A DNA stretch of 32,000 nt from Candidatus Nanoarchaeia archaeon. GTDB taxonomy: Archaea; Nanobdellota; Nanobdellia; Woesearchaeales; JANQNC01. The notes beneath the pieces were generated by a model. It was not told the origin of the DNA. It searched no databases and worked only from the letters and a program-made list of their open reading frames with translations. A program made the position numbers and the translations under genes. The stretch is from assembly GCA_028279745.1 (NCBI GenBank), contig JANQNC010000001.1:150001-182000 (forward strand). The letters are read 5' to 3'. Within the stretch, counting starts at the first letter, position 1. Each line of letters starts with the position of its first letter. Below, piece by piece: positions 24,106 through 31,622 of this stretch.

Positions 24106-24160
24106 GCCAGGTTGATACCTGGTAAGACTCCCAAGTCAATAGCTATATTGGTTAGGGAGT
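24106..24160 (+). repeat. Partial, degenerate copy of the tRNA-Ile anticodon arm plus following insertion
   Basis: 24106-24137 (GCCAGGTTGATACCTGGTAAGACTCCCAAGTC) matches 24210-24242 of the tRNA (GCCAGATTGATACTCTGGTGAGGCTCCCAAGTC) with 3 substitutions and 1 indel. ACTCCC (24127-24132) can pair with GGGAGT (24155-24160). Confidence 0.45.
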
Positions 24161-24168
24161 ATATAAAT
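24143..24168 (+). promoter_or_regulatory. TATA-like boxes upstream of the tRNA
   Basis: CTATATTG lies at 24143-24150 and TATATAAA at 24160-24167, which is 16-40 nt upstream of the predicted tRNA +1 (24184). It is not resolved which one is used. Confidence 0.35.
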
Positions 24169-24183
24169 TTTTCCTTGTGCAAT

Positions 24184-24295
24184 GGCGCAGTAGTATAATC
24201 AGGCAATACGCCAGATTGATACTCTGGTGAGGCTCCCAAGTCTCATGCGGGTTCAAATTGTTTGACCCCTTAACTTGAGAGTCCCGCCCGCGCCG
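24184..24295 (+). tRNA. tRNA-Ile (anticodon GAT) candidate with two non-canonical insertions (putative introns)
   Basis: The manual cloverleaf runs as follows.
- Acceptor stem: GGCGCAG (24184-24190) pairs with CCGCGCC (24288-24294), with one A-C mismatch.
- Positions 8-9: U8 and A9.
- D arm: GTAT-AATCAGGCA-ATAC, with A14, GG and A21 present.
- Anticodon arm: CCAGA-TTGATAC-TCTGG (24211-24227).
- T arm: GCGGG-TTCAAAT (24247-24258) pairs with CCCGC (24283-24287).
The fold requires skipping about 14 nt in the variable region (within 24228-24246) and 24 nt after the T loop (24259-24282). Confidence 0.6.
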
Positions 24296-24302
24296 CACAA
24301 AA

Positions 24303-25070
24303 CTATTTCTTTAATTTACTACCTTGAGGAATAGCTCTTATAATTTCATCTAAGTCACAATCTATGATCTTTTGTATCTTTTTTGCTATATCAGAAGTCT
24401 TTTCGTTGCCCATTGTAAGTATGACATAGTCTTTACAGTGCTTCTTTATTGCATCTTTTGGGCCTGCCATAACTTTACCTTCATAGTTTCCAATGGCTAG
24501 TTCTAATGTTGGTTGAAAGTATTCTCTATCACCATACATCATGAATGAACCTTTTGGGAGGCCGAGTTCTTTCTTAACACCTTCACCTTTGATGCTATAA
24601 ACTTCAGTTGTTGACAAGCCACGTTTCCAAGCTTTTGAGTAAATAGCACAGAATAATGCTGCTTCTTGCTTGTTTTCTTTTGTTGCTTTACCTTTTATGA
24701 TTACGAATGGAGAACCAGTCATATCTGTATGGAAAACAGATTCGTCTTTCTCTAAATGTTTTTTTACAACTATTTCGTTGGTTGTTGCATCTCTACCACC
24801 TATGATTAAGGTGTTGTCTGATGCTAAGAACCACCTAAACTTCTCATACCATTCGCGCTTTATTGATTTTAACTTATCTTCTTTTTCTTTTCTTTCTTGT
24901 TCTTTCTTTAGGAATTCTTCTTTGTTTTTTTCTAGTGTGATTAGTTTCTTCTTAGCTTCATCAACTGCTTTCTTAGCACCTTCTATCTTCTTCTTAGCTT
25001 TCTTTGCTTTTTCGAAGTATACAGCTGCATTCTGGTTTACTGTTTTGTTGATGTTTAGTTGTAGTTTCAT
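24303..25070 (-). CDS. Stand-alone NFACT-R (DUF814) RNA-binding protein with N-terminal coiled coil (Rqc2/NEMF C-terminal-half-like)
   Basis: WYEKFRWFLASDNTLIIGGRDATTNEIVVKKHLEKDESVFHTDMTGSPFVIIKG is a textbook NFACT-R core. It is preceded by a K/E coiled coil (YFEKAKKAKKKIEGAKKAVDEAKKKL). Confidence 0.8.
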   Translation of the reverse strand: MKLQLNINKTVNQNAAVYFEKAKKAKKKIEGAKKAVDEAKKKLITLEKNKEEFLKKEQERKEKEDKLKSIKREWYEKFRWFLASDNTLIIGGRDATTNEIVVKKHLEKDESVFHTDMTGSPFVIIKGKATKENKQEAALFCAIYSKAWKRGLSTTEVYSIKGEGVKKELGLPKGSFMMYGDREYFQPTLELAIGNYEGKVMAGPKDAIKKHCKDYVILTMGNEKTSDIAKKIQKIIDCDLDEIIRAIPQGSKLKK

Positions 25071-25160
25071 TATTGAGACTTTAGAGTTATTTGTTTATAA
25101 AGTTTGGGTGTTTTGATTATTTTAAGTTAATAATTAAATAAAAAAGAAAGAAAAGAAAAA

Positions 25161-25637
25161 CTATTTCTTCTTAGTTAATAACACTCCTGCCACAGCAACA
25201 ACCGCAATTATAACAATAATAACTGAAGTGTTGATTTCTGGAATTTCTCCATCTGGTTCTACAAAACTTTTACAATCCACAGGTGATCTGGAACACATTC
25301 CATTTACGGGGTTATAACTACACGCGTGGGGAGATGATGTGGCTGTAGATATCTCAGTTGATGATACACATCCTTCGAAGTCACCGTTAAAATCACTGCA
25401 AGTCCCTTCATTATCTACACAAACCACACTACAACCCGCTGATGAAAAATCATAACCACAAGAACTTCCTGTCCACACACAATTAAATACCTCAGAACCA
25501 ACAAGAGCACTTGAGTTACATAATACCGGGTCTGTTATTGGCGGACAATCAGTTACATGATTCATATTACAGTCTATAGCACTTACAATTCCAACAGCCA
25601 CTAAAGCCATCATAAACATTATTATTAATTTTTTCAT
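25161..25637 (-). CDS. Cysteine-rich surface protein with signal peptide and C-terminal TM anchor
   Basis: The N-terminus is MKKLIIMFMMALVAVGIVSA. The ectodomain holds about 16 Cys. The C-terminus is VIIVIIAVVAVAGVLLTKKK. Confidence 0.6.
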   Translation of the reverse strand: MKKLIIMFMMALVAVGIVSAIDCNMNHVTDCPPITDPVLCNSSALVGSEVFNCVWTGSSCGYDFSSAGCSVVCVDNEGTCSDFNGDFEGCVSSTEISTATSSPHACSYNPVNGMCSRSPVDCKSFVEPDGEIPEINTSVIIVIIAVVAVAGVLLTKKK

Positions 25638-25688
25638 TGTTTTTCACTTCAATATAATAATATACTAATTCAAAGCAAACTAGTTTAA

Positions 25689-26312
25689 AAAACTTTCCTA
25701 AAATTAGAAGAATCAGGAATTAATGTAACTAAGTTTTATGAATCCGATGCAACCCACTTTACAAAACCTGAAGGGGTAAACTTAGTTTGCAACTATATTA
25801 AAAAAGAACTTAAAGATTTAATTGATAATTCTCATTCTGAGAAGTATAGTTTACCAAAACCACTTTTTGATCCTGATCCTGTAAACATTAATATACACCG
25901 TATCAAACCAAAGAATATTGAGGGCAAACATAGCAAAAGTAGAATTAAAAATCATCGATTTAATGAAACATTCTATACTCTTCCCAAATCAAGCAAAATA
26001 ATCTTAGAAAATGAATGTGAGCTAATTGGTTTGTATTATTTAGCAGATTCAGATAGCGGTTATGTTAAGATAAGTAACGGAAAAAAAGAGATTAAAAAGA
26101 ATCTGTGTGATAGATGGGGAGTGATTAAGGGAAGAATCAATGCAAGTTTTTTCAAGCCAATAAAAGTCAATTCAGATAAAAAGTTATCAGTTGAATTAAT
26201 GGACAAGTTACCAAAAGCTGGAGAGGAGGTGGATCTAAGTGGATGGGAAACAAAACCAATAAAACCACCCAAAGGTTGGAAATTAAAGATTATAGGATTG
26301 ATAACTGCATAA
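25689..26312 (+). pseudogene. Open frame of 207 codons lacking any upstream in-frame ATG (track ORF starts at TTG 26031); possible truncated gene remnant
   Basis: The frame is open from the stop at 25686-25688 to 26312, with no in-frame ATG before the internal ELMDKL Met. The upstream part reads ...FYESDATHFTKPEGVNLVCNYIKKEL, which weakly resembles the C-terminal D-x-x-H block of SGNH hydrolases. Confidence 0.3.
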
Positions 26313-26347
26313 ATTTCTCAACAACTATCAGGTCTATTGAGCGAATA

Positions 26348-26355
26348 TTTATATA
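26348..26355 (+). promoter_or_regulatory. TATA-box candidate for 26412-26828
   Basis: TTTATATA lies about 57 nt upstream of the ATG. A GGAGGAGGAG SD lies at 26398-26407. Confidence 0.35.
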
Positions 26356-26411
26356 TAACCATACAATCTTAACCATTAAACGAGGTCGGTAGATTTAGGA
26401 GGAGGAGTTGA

Positions 26412-26828
26412 ATGAAAGAATACAAAAGCATGATCTTAATGGATAACAGAGAAGAACCTAACGCATATCATTTACTGTATATGAAAATGAGTTCAAATGG
26501 GAAAGATCCAAAAAAAATATTAGAGCATCTTACCAAAGATATGCAGGGATATGATTTAGATGGGAAAATATTTGCTCAAGAAACACCTGTTGAAGGTATG
26601 TTCCCCATCATACATTTACATTCAGGAGAAGCTCTTGCAAGCTGTAGAGTTCTGGGACTAGTAGATAAAGAAGAAGATGTTTCAGACAAAACTTATGAAT
26701 ATGCTACATCATTTGCAGAAAAATTAGCAAAAAAGCGTAACGCAGATTTAATTAACGCAACAAGCAAGAATGCAGGACCATTAGCAGATGCAATATCAAA
26801 AGTGGAAATAGAAATAAACCTGAAGTGA
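26412..26828 (+). CDS. Hypothetical protein
   Basis: This is a 138-aa ORF with a very strong SD (GGAGGAGGAG). No motif was recognised. Confidence 0.5.
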   Translation: MKEYKSMILMDNREEPNAYHLLYMKMSSNGKDPKKILEHLTKDMQGYDLDGKIFAQETPVEGMFPIIHLHSGEALASCRVLGLVDKEEDVSDKTYEYATSFAEKLAKKRNADLINATSKNAGPLADAISKVEIEINLK

Positions 26829-26838
26829 TTTATGAGTT

Positions 26839-28743
26839 TTATTTCAACCTAATAATCTCAAGATTCTTAGGAGCAGTTGTTTCTAATCTAAACTGTTTGT
26901 GTAAAGAAGAAGCCAAATTCAAACAAGCAGCGCTTTCGCCGTGGTTAATTATAACCTTTCTAGGATTAGGTTTGCAGTCTTTAACAAAATCCATCAGCTC
27001 TTGTTTTTCAGCGTGGCCTGTGAAACCGCTCATAGTGTGAATTTCCATCTCGATCTTAGTAACATCAGATTTACCTTGAACTCCTGTAGCGAAACCGAAT
27101 TCTCTTTCGCCTTTAGCAATCCTATTACCTAAACTGCCAGGACCTTGATAACATGTGAAAACTAATGAGTTCTTCTTATTAGCAGCTAACTGTTTCAAGT
27201 ATTCAACTGAAGGACCACCAGTAAGCATACCCGAAGTAGCAATAATGATACAAGGACCTTCCTCTTCAACAATCTTCATCCTTTCTTGATGAGAACCTAC
27301 TTGTCTAAACATAGGTGATAAGAAAGGATTGTGATCTTTGTGGAAAATACTCTTTCTAACAGTTGAGTTAAGGAAATCAGGATAAGCTGTATGTATAGCA
27401 GTAATATCCCAAACCATACCATCAATAAATACAGGGATTTCAGGTATTTTCTTTTCTCTAACTAACTTTTCAACAACCAACTGAATCTCTTGCGCTCTTC
27501 CAGAACCAAGAACTGGCATCAAAATTTTTCCACCTCTTTCAACAGTGTTCTTAATTATCTCACCAAGATTCTTTTCACATTCTGCTCTTGGAACAGGAGG
27601 TGTGTTTTTAGCACAATAAGTTGATTCTACCATCAAAGTTTCTAATCTTGGGAATTCAGTAACTGCACCATTCAATAATCTAGTATCTTCATACTTCATA
27701 TCTGCAGAGTACATGAAATTATGCAAACCATTACCAATATGCAAGTGTACCATTGAAGAACCAAGGATGTGCCCTGCATTATACAAAGTCAATCTAATGT
27801 CTGGAGTTATGTCAGTAACTTCTTCAAAGTCTAAGATTATTGTATGTTTAACCATCTCTTTAACTTCATCACTTGTGTAGATAGGTTCTTTACCTTCATT
27901 AACCATGATTTTAATGTAATCTAACTGTAGTAGAGCCATAACATCTCTTGTTGGAGCTGTGCAATAAACAGGTCCTTTGTAACCATACTTGAAAAGGTAA
28001 GGAATTAAGCCTGAGTGATCCATGTGTGAATGACTTACTATAACTGCATCTAACTCGGCAATATTAAATTCAGGAGCTTCTAAGAAAGGGAATGTGTCTT
28101 GGTCAGATGCCGCAACATCAATACCACAATCAAGCAATACTCTTGACTCAGGAGTCTGCAATAAGATACAAGATCTTCCAACTTGTCTACCTGAACCTAA
28201 CATCGAGAATCTGATCCATTCATTCTTCTTTCCTCTGATCCAACCATCATAAATCCTGTGGCCTATCTTGTTAAGGAATTTTCTTCTGTAATCTGAGTTT
28301 TGATAAAGAACACCTCTAACATTTTCAATCAAAGTAGATCTGATTGAAGGAGTTCTCTTGATAAATGGAACCCACATAGTGTTTGCTCTTATGTCTTTTA
28401 GTATTGCGCCTTGTTTTCCTATAGCAACACCCGGTTTTTCAATCTCAATAATAACCTGAGATCTTTGAACGTCAAAAATTATCTGAGAAACGCCTGCTTC
28501 TTCAGGGATAAGTCTTCTTATCTCTTTTTCAGCTTTTTCAGGATCCATGCAGACAGAAGGATCTGGCCTTAGCTCAATCCTTTTCTTTATACTGTCAACT
28601 ACCTTTTTTATCTCTCCTTTATTATCCAAGAAGTAATCCTTATCTTTGGTGTAAAGAACAATGTTTGCTCCTTCAAAGACCGCGTCACTTATCAGATCGC
28701 TGCTTTCTAAGCTGTTTAAGATTTCTTTTAGTATGTCTCCCAT
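26839..28743 (-). CDS. aCPSF1-type RNase (KH domains + metallo-beta-lactamase + beta-CASP)
   Basis: It has the full-length 634-aa architecture: an N-terminal KH-like region, the MBL motif VSHSHMDHSG, the beta-CASP region, and C-terminal GFTGHA / INHGE motifs. Confidence 0.9.
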   Translation of the reverse strand: MGDILKEILNSLESSDLISDAVFEGANIVLYTKDKDYFLDNKGEIKKVVDSIKKRIELRPDPSVCMDPEKAEKEIRRLIPEEAGVSQIIFDVQRSQVIIEIEKPGVAIGKQGAILKDIRANTMWVPFIKRTPSIRSTLIENVRGVLYQNSDYRRKFLNKIGHRIYDGWIRGKKNEWIRFSMLGSGRQVGRSCILLQTPESRVLLDCGIDVAASDQDTFPFLEAPEFNIAELDAVIVSHSHMDHSGLIPYLFKYGYKGPVYCTAPTRDVMALLQLDYIKIMVNEGKEPIYTSDEVKEMVKHTIILDFEEVTDITPDIRLTLYNAGHILGSSMVHLHIGNGLHNFMYSADMKYEDTRLLNGAVTEFPRLETLMVESTYCAKNTPPVPRAECEKNLGEIIKNTVERGGKILMPVLGSGRAQEIQLVVEKLVREKKIPEIPVFIDGMVWDITAIHTAYPDFLNSTVRKSIFHKDHNPFLSPMFRQVGSHQERMKIVEEEGPCIIIATSGMLTGGPSVEYLKQLAANKKNSLVFTCYQGPGSLGNRIAKGEREFGFATGVQGKSDVTKIEMEIHTMSGFTGHAEKQELMDFVKDCKPNPRKVIINHGESAACLNLASSLHKQFRLETTAPKNLEIIRLK

Positions 28744-28780
28744 TTTTGTACTTAATGGAACTTTGTTTTGAGTAGAACGT

Positions 28781-29425
28781 TTATTCAGTTAGCTTCATGC
28801 TTAGCTCTTCTCTTTTTACCCTTTCAACTCCTTTGTCAGTAACAGTGAATACGTTAATTCCGTTTCCTGTTGCCGTGTCTCTTTGCAGTGCTGCATTAAT
28901 TGACTGGGTTGCAAGCTTAACACCTGCAGTTGTGTCAATCTCCTTATTGTACAATGTTTCTAAAACTCCAAAAGCCATCACTGACCCCGAGCCTGAAGAA
29001 ATATAATCTTCAATAAGTGTCACAGAACCGTCTGGGTAGATGTCGTAAACATAGAACCCAGTGTCATCTCTTCCACCTAAAAGGAAGTGAGCGATTCCAG
29101 GAATCATAGACATCCTTCTTATGTTTTCATAAACCATGTTGCCTAACATGTTTGCTGCTTCTTTAACTGTTGATCTTCTTCCAAGTCTAACTTGTCTTAG
29201 CTTCAGTTCAGCTCTGATCAGCTTTACTAATAGCTGAGCGTCAGAAACAGTTCCTGCTAGAGTAACAACTATATCATCGTTGATCTTGATTACTTTATCA
29301 GTGGTTTTAGTCACTATCAATCCACCTGCAGTAGCCCTCATGTCTGCTGCCAGCACTAATCCATCCTTACATACTAAGCCTACAGTTGTAGTGCCTTTTT
29401 TTACTTGATTTGTTAGGTTTTCCAT
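28781..29425 (-). CDS. psmB: 20S proteasome beta subunit
   Basis: A short propeptide is followed by G-TTTVGLVCKDGLVLAADMRAT, the Ntn-hydrolase active-site Thr context. The GSG SVMAFGVLE region is also present. Confidence 0.92.
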   Translation of the reverse strand: MENLTNQVKKGTTTVGLVCKDGLVLAADMRATAGGLIVTKTTDKVIKINDDIVVTLAGTVSDAQLLVKLIRAELKLRQVRLGRRSTVKEAANMLGNMVYENIRRMSMIPGIAHFLLGGRDDTGFYVYDIYPDGSVTLIEDYISSGSGSVMAFGVLETLYNKEIDTTAGVKLATQSINAALQRDTATGNGINVFTVTDKGVERVKREELSMKLTE

Positions 29426-29493
29426 TTTTCCGTATATTAGAACTATACCCCTCTAGCCCATAGTTTTTGTTACATGGTATATAAATGTTTCGA

Positions 29494-30492
29494 TTAAAAA
29501 CCAAGTTTGGCAGGGTCTGCTTGAGGTATGTGATAGGGCTTAATCACCCCTTTTTTCCTTTCAAAACGGTTGGACATCATGCCACAACCCGCCCAAACAT
29601 CTGTACCTTTACTCTCAAAAAGAGTGGAAGGAATGCCTCTTTCTAAAAGCAGTTTATGAAACTCTTCAGGTGAATAAGTCTTCTTTTTCTTGTCCTCATT
29701 CCAAGAAAAAACAAAAGATGAAGTTATGTTGGGCTTCATTACCTTAACATAAAAAATATCTTCCCTACCTCTAACAAGATCTGCAAGCTCAGAAAGATTG
29801 GAATCCATATTGTTAATTCCATCAATAAGCGCATAGTTCAAGGTTACCTTTCCAGGATGTCTCTGGGAATACTCTTCTGCTTCATCCAGCATAGTACAAA
29901 TGTCTCTTTCAACCTTGTGGTCTAGATACATCTCTTTAGGAAACAGCCAGTCATTTCTTAACTTGTCATTAGAAAAGTGTAAAGACAACTCAAGCCTGAC
30001 GGGGTAAGGCATATCAGACTTAGTAAGTTTATTTATTGTTCCCTTGGCACCTATTGTTGAAAGTGAGAATCTTGTATCTTCAACCAATTGTTCATGATCT
30101 TTTATTGCTTTGATAACATTTCCACCATAAAGAGGTTCTCCAATGGCCATAAATGCATACTCAACAGACCCCTTTGAAACAACCTTCTTAAGGTTTTCAT
30201 CTTGGGCTAATGTTAAAGAAATTTGTTTGTTGATCTCTTTAGAACTAAGAAAGCCATCAAAAGAAGTCATCATGTTCCTACACAAAAGACAGGAATAAAT
30301 GCAACCCATCTGGGAGGATAGACAAAGAACATACTCTGGTTTATCATCTTCTCTTCCAGGAATATGCATAAACACACTTTCAATAGAACTTAACCCCTTT
30401 GGTTTACCCCCAAGCGCAATTTTTTTGGGAACATCAAAAATATACTTAATTGTCGAATTGTCTTCAGAATAGCTTTTGGCTCTATACTTCAT
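29494..30492 (-). CDS. RlmN/Cfr-family radical SAM RNA methyltransferase-like protein
   Basis: It carries LSSQMGCIYSCLLC (a CxxxCxxC cluster in the SSQxGC context of RlmN/Cfr), AIGEPL, LSTIG, and C-terminal WAGCGMM (compare AACGQL in RlmN). Confidence 0.75.
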   Translation of the reverse strand: MKYRAKSYSEDNSTIKYIFDVPKKIALGGKPKGLSSIESVFMHIPGREDDKPEYVLCLSSQMGCIYSCLLCRNMMTSFDGFLSSKEINKQISLTLAQDENLKKVVSKGSVEYAFMAIGEPLYGGNVIKAIKDHEQLVEDTRFSLSTIGAKGTINKLTKSDMPYPVRLELSLHFSNDKLRNDWLFPKEMYLDHKVERDICTMLDEAEEYSQRHPGKVTLNYALIDGINNMDSNLSELADLVRGREDIFYVKVMKPNITSSFVFSWNEDKKKKTYSPEEFHKLLLERGIPSTLFESKGTDVWAGCGMMSNRFERKKGVIKPYHIPQADPAKLGF

Positions 30493-30512
30493 TTAAGAAA
30501 AAAAAGAAAAAA

Positions 30513-31526
30513 TTATTCTCTTCCTGCCAGTACAGCAAAAAGAGTTGTTCCGCAAAGTATAACCAACAGTACAATCAAGATAGTCACTAGAGGATCTAAT
30601 CCAGAATCCCTTGTCTTAACACTGTATCTTGTTGTTATGGCATCGCCAGTTGGAGATACAGTAGTTATCGTATTTACGGTTGTTGAATCTGAAGGTGCAA
30701 CTGCATTATTAGCTGTATCTTGTTGCGAAAGACTGAACGAACACTGCCCCACATTAATTGTTTTTGTAGCTTCAACAGTCTCGCCAGCATATTCTGCAGA
30801 AACCTTAACTAGATGATCCCCAATCACCTTCGTTTCAGGAACTTCAAAAGTAGATTTCTTTACAGTCTTGTATCCTGAATAAACTCTGAATGATGAAGTT
30901 TTTTGTTCACCAAACGCTTCAAAAGTTATTGTTCCAGTTTCTTCATTTCTACCTTCATTAACCAAATTTGCTTCTAAGCTTAATGTCTCTCCACACTTAA
31001 CTATGGATTTACTTGGAACTATATCAGAGATTATCAGACTGTGTGCTGGCTTGATAACAACCATGTCAACACTAACACTTGACTTAACATCATCGTTATC
31101 CTCGTCTTCCCCTCTTGCTGTGATCCTTATCCTATGCGAACCGTCTGGCGCATTTGAAGGAATTTGGAAAGTAAATGTGAATTCGTGATCTTCACCATCA
31201 TCAAGATTGTCAACTTCTTCACTTTTAATTATCAGGTCATCAGTTGGACCTTTAAGGTTATCTACATTAATCTCAACAAAGTTATCATCCAGATCCATAC
31301 GCTCAAAAGTGTTTTTTATTGTGACTCTGATTGTGATGTTATCTCCCACTTTAACAGGATCGAAATCTCCCCCATCTTCATCAACATCACTTTGAAAATT
31401 ATCATTAATGTACGCATCTACATCATCAATCTCTAGATCTCCTTCTTCATCTGTTGCTGCAAAAGCAGCTGTCGCAAGCAATAACACTAGAAATGCTGAA
31501 AATAATATTGTTTGTTTCATATACAT
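30513..31526 (-). CDS. Acidic surface protein with signal peptide, CARDB/Ig-like beta modules and C-terminal TM anchor
   Basis: The N-terminus is MKQTILFSAFLVLLLATAAFA. The protein has D/E-rich beta-strand modules (ITIRVTIKNTF, LSLEANLVNEGRNEETGTITFEAFG). The C-terminus is LVTILIVLLVILCGTTLFAVLAGRE. Confidence 0.6.
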   Translation of the reverse strand: MYMKQTILFSAFLVLLLATAAFAATDEEGDLEIDDVDAYINDNFQSDVDEDGGDFDPVKVGDNITIRVTIKNTFERMDLDDNFVEINVDNLKGPTDDLIIKSEEVDNLDDGEDHEFTFTFQIPSNAPDGSHRIRITARGEDEDNDDVKSSVSVDMVVIKPAHSLIISDIVPSKSIVKCGETLSLEANLVNEGRNEETGTITFEAFGEQKTSSFRVYSGYKTVKKSTFEVPETKVIGDHLVKVSAEYAGETVEATKTINVGQCSFSLSQQDTANNAVAPSDSTTVNTITTVSPTGDAITTRYSVKTRDSGLDPLVTILIVLLVILCGTTLFAVLAGRE

Positions 31527-31622
31527 TACCCCCTACGGTTAATGAATAATCGGTATTATATATAGTATAAAAATGTTTTGCTATTATAGAGAGGTAACTA
31601 TGTTATCGTTGATAAGTAATGA

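Noticed and set aside
24670-25116. 148-aa plus-strand ORF
   Set aside because: It is antisense to the NFACT-R gene, whose DUF814 core is unambiguous.
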